From Octopus vulgaris (Eukaryota), in contig OX597820.1 in the NCBI GenBank assembly GCA_951406725.2, positions 68,076,001 to 68,140,000 on the forward strand: a DNA stretch of 64,000 bases. The letters are read 5' to 3'. The notes under the pieces were generated by a model. It saw only the letters and a list, made by a program, of their open reading frames with translations, did no database searches and was not told the origin of the DNA. Both the position numbers and the translations under genes were made by a program. Shown piece after piece: positions 27,070 through 39,061 of this stretch. Numbering within the stretch: position 1 is the stretch's first letter; every line of letters begins with the position of its first letter.

Positions 27070-27460
27070 GACGCAGGCGTGGCCGTGTGGTAAGATGCTT
27101 GCTTCCCAATCAAATGGCTCCGGGTTCAGTTCAACTGCGTGGAACTTTGGGGAAGGGCCTTCTACTATAGCCTCGGGCCTACCAAAGCCCCCGTGAGTGG
27201 ATTTGGTAGATAGAAACCGAAAGAAGCCTGTCATATATATATATATATTTGTGTGTATGTCTGTATTTATCCCCCAGCCATCACTTGACAACTGATGCTG
27301 GCGTGTTTATGTCCCCCGTAACTTAGCGGTTCAGCAAAAAAATACCAAATAAGTACTAGGCTTACAAGGAATAAGTCCTCTGGTCGATTTCTTCGACTAA
27401 AAGCCCTTTAAGACGATGCACCAGCATGGCCGCAGTCAAAAGACTGAAACAAGTAAAAGA
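27070..27460 (+). mobile_element. Family A SINE
   Basis: Diverged full-length copy. Confidence 0.85.
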
Positions 27461-27561
27461 ATTTCCTTGAATTAATGTGTTGACATAAAATACTTATATG
27501 GGTTCAACTGTTATGCAAGTGAACAAATATTGGCTTGTATCATCATATATAAATAGCTAGA

Positions 27562-27948
27562 AGGCGGCGAGCTGGCAGAACCGGGCGAAATGCGTAGCCG
27601 TATTTCGTCTGCCGTTACGTTCTGGGTTCAGATTCCGCCGAGGTCGACTTTGCCTTTCATCCTTTCGGGGTCGATAAATTAAGTACCAGTTACGCACTGG
27701 GGTCGATGTAATCGACTTAATCCGTTTGTCTGTCCTTGTTTGTCCCCTCTGTGTTTAACCCCTTGTGGGTAGTAAAGAAATAGGTATTTCGTCTGCCGCT
27801 ACGTTCTGAGTTCAAATTCCGCCGAGGTCGACCCTGTCTTTCATCCTTTCGGGACCGATAAATTAAGTACCAGTTACATACTGGGGTCGATCTATTCGGT
27901 TGGCCCCCTCCCCAAACGTTTCAGGCCTTGTGCCAAAAGTAGAAAAGT
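27562..27948 (+). mobile_element. Family B SINE dimer (tail A, then tail B)
   Basis: Head GGCGGCGAGCTGGCAGAA, two Nin domains, junction GAAATAGGTATTTC. Confidence 0.9.
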
Positions 27949-28584
27949 ATATAAATAAGGGCTGTTGAACATGGAGATAAGTTTCTAGAATGAATTAATA
28001 GACTCCAGCAAGTCCTTAGACATGAATCCAGGACTTCCTTATATGCACTTTTCTGAGAAAATTAACTAACTGATGTTCCTGCTGATGTCAGTCACATTAA
28101 TCTCACCAATCTGGAGCCCTTCATATGTCATCAACACTACACCTCTCCCGATTGACTTAAAAACAGAACACGCGTCAATATTGCAGTGCTGATGTCATAT
28201 CCAACATAAATCATACATTGATAATATAGTTAGGCGAACTGGAATATTAACAGCTAAGTGTCAATGCGATGAATACAGCACCGGGCTTGTGATATGATGC
28301 TGATATTTTAGCCACTTGTCCCTAATTCTATCTACTTATCCATCTGTGTGTATTACCTCTTATATTCAGCTCTGATAGTGTATTAGCCAACAGTACATTG
28401 TCAGACATTATTTTTATAGCCATAACAGCAAATAACTTGAGTTAGCTTTAAAATGGTTGCTTGAGCTGAAAGAGTTAAGAGCTAAATCTGCTAAAAATCA
28501 TACTCTAAATCCTTTGAATACATTTGATTACATAATTCAAGATAATATGTGTTCAAATACAAAAACAGAATGGGTAGTCTTTTA

Positions 28585-28798
28585 ATCTTTTACTTGTTTC
28601 AGTCATTTGACTGCGGCCATGCTGGAGCACCGCCTTTAGTCGAGAAAATCTACCCCAGGACTTACTCTTTGTAAGCCTAGTACTTATTCTATCGTTCTCT
28701 TTTGCCGAACCGCTAAGTTACGGGGACGTAAACACGCCAGCATCGGTTGTCAAGCGATGTTGGGGGACAAACAGATACACAAACATATACACACACGT

Positions 28799-28829
<31 letters not shown>

Positions 28830-28995
28830 CATATATACGACGGGCTTCTTTCAGTTTCCGTCTACCAAATCCAGTCACAAAGCTTTGGTCGGACCGAGGC
28901 TATAGTAGAAGCCACTTTCCCAAGGTGCCACGCAGTGAGACTGAACCCGGAACCATGTGGTTGGTAAGCAAACAACTTACCACAAAGCCACTCCT
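28585..28995 (-). mobile_element. Family A SINE
   Basis: Reverse-complement full copy. Confidence 0.9.
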
Positions 28996-30269
28996 AGTTG
29001 AAATACTTTTTGATTATCGGTTTGCTTGATCAGATTTGATCTGGAGCTAAGGAAAACAACAACCCAATCAATACCACAACCGTCATTAACGATAATTTCA
29101 ATTATAACGTATGTAAAATTTAATCAAAAATGTGAGTGAGAAGTAGCTTTACTGTTATTATTATCTCTGCGACCTCCCAGGAAATCGAAACCAAACCTTA
29201 AAATCACCTTGTAAGAAATTAATTTGTATTCTATAAAGTTTTTGTGTGACTTCTGTATATAACCAGCTCTCCAATGTGAATCTACATGGTGGGAAGTCAC
29301 TAGCCAGAATTAATAAAGAGGTTTATATTTTGCTATAAACAATTGAATCTGCGTTTTCTTTTTGGGGTTGCCTTAATTGTCATCAATATCTCGACAGTGT
29401 TTAGAAAGTCATGAATTGCTTTTCAAGGACCGGTGTCATTAAAAGTTGTTGAGAAACCCTCATGTTTGGAAGAAGCCCAGTTTAATGAATGACTTTTTGT
29501 TCAATTCTAAAGTTAGTAAGTATAAAAACAAACAAAAAGACAGCACAAATTAATGAAAGAAAAATACTTCAGCAAGTATTGGTTGAATACAGATAAAATT
29601 GGGAGAGTGGAGTATCGTTTTCCCATTCAAAAATGTTGGCTAATTTTATTAGAAACCTTTAAGAAGGAAGACGAAAATATTCCTATATAATCCCAAAATT
29701 AAGAAGCTAACGAATATTCTGCTGGTGGCCTAGCACCTCTCAAAAGTCAAGAGAGTCAACAGTGTTTATAAAGGAGCAACAATACAATTAACCCACATAG
29801 TTATTCTTTAAAAAGTTGTAAGAAATGACTGGTGGATGGTGCTGGCGAATGTCTATAGAAATTCCCTGGCAACACGGTCGGCCGGTCTCTTTGTTCTCCT
29901 CTAAATGCGTTTGTATTCATATATAACAATTTCTGTTTTCTTCTTTTTCTGTTTTTGGTTTGGATTTGTCCCCCGCTACTGCTTAACGATCGGTGTCAGT
30001 TTGCTTACGTCTCCGTAATTTAACGGTTCCACAAAAGACGTCGATTAGAATAAGCTAAGCACTAAATTTAAAAATAAGTATTTGGGTCAATTTGATCGAC
30101 TAAATCCATAAAGGTTGTGCCACAGCATGGTTGCTGACCAATGAAAAGAGCAAATAAATTATAAAAGACAAAAGATTATTGAAGTAGGAATGATTTTTTT
30201 TCTCTCAGTAAATACATTTATAATAGTGTGTAATCGCTTGAAGTGCCTGGTAACTTTGCAATGTAATAT

Positions 30270-31100
30270 TCTTTCTACTATAGGCACAAGACCTGAAATT
30301 TGTGCGGCGAGGATTTGTCGGTTACATCGGCCTCAGTGTTTAACTGCTATTTGATTTATCGACCCCGAAAGGACGAAAGGCAAAGTTGACCTCGGCGGAA
30401 TTTGAACTCAGAACGTAGCAACGGTTGAAGTACCGCTAAGCATATTTCTTAGCGTGCTAACGACTCTGCCACCTAGCCGCCTTAACCTTGCAATGTAATA
30501 TACCTATTTCTTTACTACCTACAAGGAGCTAAACACAGAGGAGACAAACAAGAACAGACACACGGATTAAGTCGATTATATCAACCCCAGTGTGTAATTG
30601 GTATTTAAAAAGGATGAAAGGCAAAGTCGACCTCGGCGGAAATTGAACTCAGAACGTAATGGCAGAAGAAATACCTATTTCTTTATTACCCACAAGGGGC
30701 TAAACATAGAGGGGACAAACAAGGACAGACATAGGTATTAAATCGATTACATCGACCCCAGTGCGTAACTGGTACTTATTTAATAGACCCCGAAAGGATG
30801 AAAGGCAAAGTCGACCTCGGCGGAATTTGAACTCAGAACGTAGCGGCAGACGAAATACCGCTGAGCATTTCGCCTGGCGTGCTAACGTTTCTGCCAGCTC
30901 GCCGCCTTTACCTTTTTGGGGAGGGGATGAATCGATTACATCGGCCTCAGTGTTTAACTGGTATTTAATTTATCGTTCTCGAAAAGATGAAAAGCAAAGT
31001 CGACCACGGCAGAATTTGAACTCAGAACATAAAGACAAACGAAATACCGCTAAGCATTTCGCCCGACATGCTAACGTCTCTGCCAGCTCACCACCTTAAT
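30270..31100 (-). mobile_element. Cluster of four family B SINE units
   Basis: Four Nin domains. TTGCAATGTAATAT is repeated at 30256, 30488 and 31102. Confidence 0.88.
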
Positions 31101-31417
31101 CTTGCAATGTAATATAGAATCAGAAACTACTCGACTTCTGTGTTTATCTTCCGTTTATCTAGTTTAATCGGTCTGCAAGGAATAGATCTCACTGAAAACA
31201 TAACAAAGTTAAATATGATAAAAATCAAAGTAACAGAAAGTGCAGGGAAGGATATGTAGCTTAAGGGTTCAACTTGCAATGCACAGTACCTTGGACAAGC
31301 GTCTTCTACTATCGCCTGAAACTTACTGACGATTTGTGAGTGAATTTGGCAAGCAGAAACTCTCTGTGTGTGTATGTGTGTGTGTGTGCACACGTGAGTG
31401 TGTGTATGTATGTGTGC

Positions 31418-31463
<46 letters not shown>

Positions 31464-32375
31464 GTCCCTGTAGCCTCACTGTTCGACAATATGAGCACGA
31501 TAGAATAAGTGCCAGATATCAAAATTAAAACCAATACTGAGGTAGATTTATTACACTAATCCTGTAAGACAGTGCTCCGGCATGGCCGTTATCCAATGAC
31601 TGAAAGAAGTAAAGGAGTGGGAACTAATATTATTGCTGTTTAATTCAGGCAATCCCTGATCTAGCTGGACACATGCTGTTTCCTTTTTAATTTGGGGAAA
31701 TTTTGGCTGCTATTACCAGCAGGTCGACTGCCCATTTGGAGCATATGTGGAAAAACTATTTAGCTCCTGGGACAAATTTTAAGTGTATAACAGCCTGTGC
31801 GGCGCATCTGCACAGAAAACTTTACAAACTCATATGTAAGTAACACGTACCTTTGAAAGAGAAAATACCGCAAAAACGTTGCTCCTTCTGAATAGCTGTA
31901 CAGTTCTGGTTCGTTGCATGACACTTGAGCCTGTCATCAGGTTAAACACCACAGTCTCACCCTGAGATATATTTAACTGAGTTTATTCAGTTACAAGAAT
32001 CCAAGCCAGGTCTGAGGATAGATGGAGACTCATCCTATATTCTCAAAATATTGTTTCTCCTCTTCTGTAACCATTCTCAGAAGCTCAACAAAATTTATAG
32101 GGTATGCCCTGCATCTTCTCATAAGTTATAATGGAAAAGATGGGTCCTTGAGATTTATAGTTAAGTCCACCAATTTTTATTTTGAGCTATAGGATACACC
32201 ATAGCATGGGCCTCTAATGTGTAATCAGATCTATCTGCCATTCTCTTAGAGGTCTTAAAATTGCTATGTTATGTGGACATAAAACCTCACCAATGGTTGT
32301 CTAGTGGCATGTGTATGTGTGTATGTGTGTGCGTGCGCGCGCGTACGAAAACTTCAGACACAGACACACTCATAA

Positions 32376-32437
<62 letters not shown>

Positions 32438-32450
<13 letters not shown>

Positions 32451-32730
32451 GTTGTTGGCATTCTTTTGTCTCGGGAGACAATGGAGTTGCGCATAAACTA
32501 ATCTAGTCTGGTTTTTACACTTCATGTCCTCTCCAGTTTTGCGCAGGCCTGGGCTAGATGTAAGAAAATCCAGGGTAGCCCAATCGTCAGGATTCCTCTC
32601 TCGACCTTGCTGACGTAGTCAAAAGGGGTGCAGAGCATTACGTTTGGCACCAGCTTGGGTGTAGGAGCTTCCGGAAGAGTGTCGAGTCGAACACTAAACC
32701 GCCAGATTTCTCCTTTCCGTAACCCTCGAT
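32438..32730 (-). mobile_element. RTE-derived short non-autonomous element (5'UTR-like segment fused to an RTE-type 3' tail)
   Basis: The - strand has CCAAGCTGGTGCCAAACG...GGTCGAGAGAGGAATCCTGAC and ends CCATTGTCTCCCGAGACAAAAGAATGCC(AAC)n. The RTE assignment is from memory of RTE UTRs. Confidence 0.55.
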
Positions 32731-34143
32731 AGTTTACAGCTCCAGTATAGGTAGAACCAGCAAGAAAAGTACTTCATTCAGTAAGAGACAAATATCATTT
32801 AATGCAAACAATAACAAAAGAGCTACTAGTAGTTTCATGCTGTAAGATACATTAAATCGGCAGATCTCCAAGCAATCTTTCAGCCACAGTTCATAACATT
32901 AGATTTAAAAACTAGGATGATGGTCTCTGACAAAACATGAGAAAATCGAGAGAAAAAAAAAACTGCGAAGAAGGTTGATGTAAAAATTGAAATGAGAAGA
33001 GCGGAAAGAAAAGTAAGAAAACCAAGTTCTTCGTCCTCTTTGACTGTAGAAACCATGATAATGTAGCTGGTGCATATAATATAATAGAAAGGATATTAAA
33101 ATCTGTAAGACAGCTACTCAGTGAGTGGTGTCTTCCAGTTCGACATAAGAAACATGTCCCTATGCTCGCATTTGCTAAAAATTTCGGATCTGGAATTGAG
33201 TATTGTGGTGGAATTCTTGGACCAAAAAAAGAAAAAAAAATGTGATCTTTCAGCTATGCATAACTTGTATCTCTTTGATATAATTTTAAAAGGCGTAGAT
33301 TTCTCACTTGACTGAATGTGGTATGCATTTGATCTTCAGATACCATACATAGCTAGCCAACTTAGTGGCCTTATTTTTATGAAAGCGTCGGAAAAAGGAC
33401 TGGTTGGTGCTTCGCATAACAAATTGCTTTCGCATATCTATTTTAAGATTTAGGTCTACCATGGGTCCTGGAACTTATAAAACGGAGTTTTACCTTGTTT
33501 CCATGACGTATAAATGACTGAGAATACAACACTCTACCGGTCGGTCTGAGAGGAACGAGATGGAAGTTTTATTTCGGAAATATCTGAGGTGCGCGCGATT
33601 TCTCTGGGTCCGAATTTTAAACTCGATTGTAAGCTGCTTGTCTTGGACGTCAACAGGAGCAAAATTGGTGATTTCAATCTAGTGGTCAATTATGTTTAGC
33701 CAGGATAGGGTAACAGCATTTAGGTATTTTCTAATAATTAGAGTAGATTGGGTGAGCGTTTCACTCATAACTGTTAGTGAGTGACTGAAATAATATCTTA
33801 GATGTACATTGAATGCCTGAGCCAGTATCCAATGGAAAAATGAGATGCAATAGCTTTGCGAATCTGCTCAGAAGTTTCCATTATCTGATAGTTACTGAAC
33901 ATTTTTTCCTAAGGTGTAAGTGTGTAACATAAGGAAATCACATAATATGCGTTCGATAATTATACATACGTACGTGCTTGTGTTTTCGCAGTTTTTGACA
34001 GGTCAGCTACACTGATCACCATTTGTGGTTTGCACACTCAGCTGAAATAGAACATATAGTCAAGAGTCGGGCTACCGGAAGCAACAAGTGCGGATTAGAG
34101 AACTAGTTAAGTGTTCGTCAACAACTTGTAGTGTGTCATTATA

Positions 34144-34360
34144 CGACGGTGTGCTAAAAAGTTCCTGGCTTTGGATAAAAGAAAATACAGGAGGATAAGT
34201 TAATTTTGGTTTTATTTAACTTATTCTCCTCTCAGTTTCACACATTTATTGCAGTGGTTCTTCAGGTTTTTTAAGCCCTGTAAAATAACTCGGAAGGTTG
34301 GGTCTATAACCAGGCCTTTCGCGATGCCATTAAAGCCAGGAACATTTCAGCACCCTCTTG
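34144..34360 (-). mobile_element. Mariner MITE (same family as 434-650)
   Basis: Alignable end to end, with TA flanks. Confidence 0.85.
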
Positions 34361-34370
34361 TAGTTATATC

Positions 34371-34601
34371 TGTTTCTTTACTACCTACAAGGGGCTAAAC
34401 ACAGAGAGGATAAACAAGAACTGACAAACGGATTAAGTCGATTATATCGATCCCAGTGCATAACCGGTACTTAATTTATCGACCCCGAAAGGATGAAAGG
34501 TAAAGTCGACCTCGGCGGAATTTGAACTCAGAACGTAGCGGCAGACGAAATACCGGAAAGCATTTCGCCCGTCGCGCTAACGTTTCTGCCAGCTCGCAGC
34601 G
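34371..34601 (-). mobile_element. Family B SINE, tail A monomer with 13-bp TSD
   Basis: TTGTAGTTATATC at 34358-34370 and 34602-34614. Confidence 0.9.
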
Positions 34602-34747
34602 TTGTAGTTATATCGTAAGGTATATGAAAATAGTAACGGTAGAAGACACTGCATTGGAGACGGACCTAGTAGCAGATTAAAAGTTATGATTTATATAGTC
34701 TACGATATCAATTGAATTGGACGCTATTTCTTCGATGCGAATCATAC

Positions 34748-34874
34748 CATAAATAACTTCTTGGGCTAATAGAAGATGTAGTTGTCGTTTGTGAGACACG
34801 TTCTCCGTCAAGTCTTCTCTTTGACGGAGCTGCAGTCCCAGGTCCAAGGAAAGCCATGACAAGGAGCACAACGT
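34748..34874 (-). CDS. Candidate coding exon 2 of a small secreted protein or prepropeptide
   Basis: Acceptor TTATTCCAG, phase 1. Encodes (Y)VVLLVMAFLGPGTAAPSKRRLDGERVSQTTTTSSISPRSYL(W). Donor GTATGA, or read-through to a TGA at 34708-34710. Confidence 0.45.
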
Positions 34875-35056
34875 CTGGAATAATGTCAGATCCTCACAGT
34901 ACTCTAACGGTTGTGTGTTGATTAAAAATACTCAAACGGGAGCTTGTGCTTCTCCTCTTTCGTAGGTTTGAAAACCATAGGGACAATCAAATGTTGGGAG
35001 TTTATGTCAATAACAGCTCTCTAATTTCCCATTTTTACTCATGCATCATGTTAGGC

Positions 35057-35129
35057 ATCTTCTTCTTCTTCTTCTTCTTCTTCTTCTTCTTCTTCTTCTT
35101 CTTCTTCTTCTTCTTCTTCTTCTTCTTCT

Positions 35130-35176
<47 letters not shown>

Positions 35177-35230
35177 TTCTTCTTCTTCTTCTTCTTCTTC
35201 TTCTCCTTCTTCTTCTTCTTCTTCTTCTTC
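35057..35230. repeat. (CTT)n microsatellite
   Basis: Direct reading. Confidence 0.98.
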
Positions 35231-35879
35231 GTCACCAGACAGTATGGCGATTGGTTGGCAAAAAATGTTAGATCGTACGTCAAAATGCTTTGAGTTGTTC
35301 CTCCTTCATATCTCTTTGCATTCTAGGTCCAAATCCTACAAAAGTCAACTTCGCTTTTTTATTCTTCTGGGGGTCGATAAAATAAAGTACCAGCCATGTA
35401 CTGAAGCCGATTTAATCGTCCAAATCCCTTAAACTTCTGCCCTTGAGCCAATGTGCGTTAAAAACTATCATTAAGATAATTGAAGTGCGGCGGATATAAA
35501 GAAGGTCTCATCAAACTCTGTTGTATTTAGTTACATCAACTTAAGTCGATTTACATCATGCGGTCAATACGTCATTGAAATCAACTTCGTCTTTTATCCT
35601 TAAAGGACTCGTTAAAAATAAAGCCCTAGTCAAGTCCTGGTGTCAAATACAATTCACCCTTATTTCCAGTCTTCTAGTCTTAAAAAATCCTTATTAAGAT
35701 CAGAAGCTGTATAGTAGTATTTGACCTTATGTCAGTCCAAAAACATTATTACTATATGTCTTGTTGTTGTTGTTGTTGTTATAGAACATGCGTGCTGTAC
35801 GTTGTTTGTTTAACTGTAAATTAACACTCTCTCGACTGGCGTATAATATATACAAACAAAAGTATGCTAGTATGCATAC

Positions 35880-35928
35880 AGACAAGAAACTTCATTTTCA
35901 TTGCAAGAGAAAGCGACGAGCGTGCCAT
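35880..35928 (-). CDS. Candidate first coding exon (start of signal peptide)
   Basis: ATG at 35928 gives MARSSLSLAMKMKFLV plus one T, then donor GTATGC (phase 1, compatible with the 34874 acceptor). It lies in a locally CpG-rich unique island. Confidence 0.4.
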
Positions 35929-36244
35929 CGTTTAAGTGCGCATGCGTACGCTTTTATCTGTTCACGCGTCTGTGCGGTACTTTCGTCGGTGCTGACAATG
36001 GATCACGGCGGTGAAGTTGTTGGTCGTCGTTTACTAAACATTTTCAAATAGTTTTATTGAATTATTAAGAATGGTTAGTGACGTACAAGCAATTGTTGTG
36101 GATCAACATTGGAAACTGTTGTTTAATTAGAGAGTAATTTGGCATCCAATGTGGGCGATAAAGGAAATAAAGCATTTCAATTATCACATATCAGACACAC
36201 AAACGCTCAAGCATTTGCATTTACATATAAATATAAATATATAT

Positions 36245-36492
36245 ATCTTTACTATCCACAAGGGGCTAAACGCAGAGGGGACAAACGAGGACAGACAAAC
36301 GGATTAAGTCGATTACATCGACCCCGGATTAAGTCGATTACATCGACCCCAGTGCATAACTGGTACTTAATTTATCGACCCCGAAAGGATGAAAGGCAAA
36401 GTCGACCTCGGCGGAATTTGAACCCAGAACGTAACGGCAGACGAAATACGGCTACGCATTTCGCCCGGCGTGCTAACGTTTCTGCCAGCTCA
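36245..36492 (-). mobile_element. Family B SINE, tail A
   Basis: Nin domain plus an internal tandem duplication of CGGATTAAGTCGATTACATCGACCC. Confidence 0.88.
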
Positions 36493-36518
36493 CATATAGA
36501 TATGTGAGTGTGTGTGTG

Positions 36519-36583
<65 letters not shown>

Positions 36584-36705
36584 GTCTGTCTGTCTGTCTG
36601 TCTATCTGTCTGTCTGTCTGTCTGTCTATCTGTCTTTTTATCTATCTATCTACCTACATGTTTGTATACATACATACGTACATCCATCCATCCATCCATC
36701 CACCC

Positions 36706-36736
<31 letters not shown>

Positions 36737-37035
36737 CATACATACATACATACATACATACATACATACATACATACATACATGCATACATACATACATA
36801 TAGAACTAATATCGAACATAAATACGTGTACTAACGTGGGTCTGTGTGCTTGAGTGAGAGTGATTGAGAAAGTGATTGAGAGTGAGAGAAAGTGAATGAG
36901 GGAGAGAGAGAATGAGACAGAGTGACAAAGAAACAGAGAGAGAGACACAGTGAGAAGGTGAGAGAGAGAGAGAGAGAGGTGGAGAGAAGAGGAAATACGA
37001 GAGTCTGTTATATATGAATGCTCGATCTACTATCT

Positions 37036-37090
<55 letters not shown>

Positions 37091-37261
37091 TACAATTATA
37101 TATATATATATATATACTCAGATATTAGTTCGTTCGTGAATCGGCTGCAGTTTTTACGCATAAGAGAATATATTCTCTATGCGCCTGATGTAAAAAGAAA
37201 ACACCAGAAAGTAAGTCACAGTCAAGCGAGACAACTCACATCAGGTATCATCTTCTCAGAG

Positions 37262-37306
37262 CTGCAGACATCGATGTTTCGTCATTGATTTGACTTATCA
37301 ATGTCA
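37262..37306 (-). ncRNA. Minimal hammerhead ribozyme motif with U3-A8 core (family F6)
   Basis: Reverse complement TGACA-TTGATAA-GTCA-AATCAA-TGAC-GAAA-CATCGATG-TC-TGCA. Confidence 0.65.
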
Positions 37307-37651
37307 CATACCAAACAAGACCCGCTGTAAGCTATATCGCCGAATATGATAACATTCTAAATGGTTTAGACATCATCGGTTGACATATCCCAACGTTTCA
37401 TGCCACGGAAAAAATACAAATATGAATCAGAAGCGGCTCGAATATATTCGAATATAATCGAATATATTTTCCTACACCTAAAAACTGCTGTCGACCCACG
37501 AGCTAACAACACACACACCCTGTGTATGTGTCCGATTTTGTTTATATGTACATACGTCCGATTTTGTTAATATATACATACGTATACGTACACACATTAT
37601 ACGTACGTACACATACACACATTATATATACATACGTATACATACACACAT

Positions 37652-38080
37652 TATAGTCAATCGCCTGTCGTCTGTCACAATGTGGTGAGCACGATCAATG
37701 TTTTCCTCGAGGGCGGCAGTTGTACGACGTCCAGACCCTGGATCATCTTCAAGACTCTCCCTTCCTCTTCTATACTCAGCTGTTCACTGGAGCGCCATTC
37801 CCTTATACAACAACCATGTCCGAATGATTGTCCTTGGGGATTAAATCTTTTATCTACAGGAACTTGATAAAAGCACGATGCCAAATTTCGTCCATTTTCA
37901 AGAGAAGTTGCTACTAGTTACTTTTGAACACTTCTTTGAATAGTCACTTCTTGAATAGTCAGTTACTTTGGAATGAAACAATGTAATTATTAATAAGAAA
38001 TTTGGAACTTAAAGCATGGCAGATTTCTCTGCTCAAGCATCACTCCTTCATAGTCAGCTTGTAAACTTTTCAGCCTATAC
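37652..38080 (-). mobile_element. Mariner 5' fragment with degenerate transposase N-terminus
   Basis: ATG at 37895 gives MDEIWHRAFIKFL*...AEYRRGRESLEDDPGSGRRTTAALEENIDRAHHIVTDDRRLTI (mariner HTH/RSGRP region). TIR-like GGCTGAAAAGTT near 38075. Confidence 0.88.
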
Positions 38081-38911
38081 ACGCGCGTGCGAGTTTGTGT
38101 GTGTGTGAGCGCGTATGTGTGTGTGAGTTTGTGTATATGTATACAAAAATTATGAGTCAAGACACAGTATTTCATTTTGCGAGCAGAACATACTATCAAA
38201 CGTATTAAAGATTTACAAGTCAATATCTTGCCTTATATTTGAGTTAGCAGTGCAAAGTGCTCATTTTTATGTTTACCTCTTCAGACTTTCTATACATGTC
38301 AGAGCCAATAGTGAAAGTTATAATGTTTCCTATGCATATAGGTTTATGTAAATAATGCGATCGAAGACAGAAAAAAAATAGGCAACGTGTGTATATTCAT
38401 ATTTTACGAATCATTGCTCTTTCATCAGTACCACATACAACCCATCAACTATCCACGAACGCATTGCTTAAATATCCGCAAATTTTATTAGCGGTATGAC
38501 ACTATGGATAAACCAATTTACATATTAAACACATTCCTGGCAGTTGCTAGATAAATATTAATTACTAGCATGGATACAGTATTTCGTTTTACAACAATAA
38601 TATATTACCAAGTACTACAAGTCAATACTGTACCTTACTGACGTCAGACCCAATACGTGGAACTATGGGCAAGTGTCTTCTGCTATAGCCTCGGGTCGAC
38701 TATAACATTGCTAGTGAATTTGGTAGACAGCAACTGGAAGAATTCCGTCGTGTGTGTGTATATATATATATAACAAAATTAAAAGCGGATGACAGATTTT
38801 TGTAGGTCAAGTTCTTTTATCATGGGAATACAAAATACATAAAAAATTCATCGTGATATTAGTTTTCAAGCGCTCCAATATTACAATCCAAAGAAAAGCA
38901 GTATTGCAAAA

Positions 38912-38990
38912 CCTTACGATCGTTTCGAAGAATCCGTTTGTATTGGGCGAGATTTCCAGCCGATGCAAATAGTCACATTTCTCTCATCAT
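38912..38990 (-). ncRNA. Hammerhead motif with long stem-II insert, 5'-truncated (family F7)
   Basis: Reverse complement (A)TGATGA-GAGAA-[~50 nt hairpin]-TTCTTC-GAAA-CGATCG-TA-AGG. Confidence 0.55.
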
Positions 38991-39061
38991 ATACATATAC
39001 ATACATACATACATACATACATACATACATACATACATACATACATACATAGATACATATA

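Noticed and set aside
34640-34765. FGF8-like (RSYLWYDSHRRNSVQF) or Wnt8-like (WSVSN) resemblance in the candidate gene
   Set aside because: The FGF-like frame stops immediately and no Wnt cysteine exons were found in the window, so no family was assigned.
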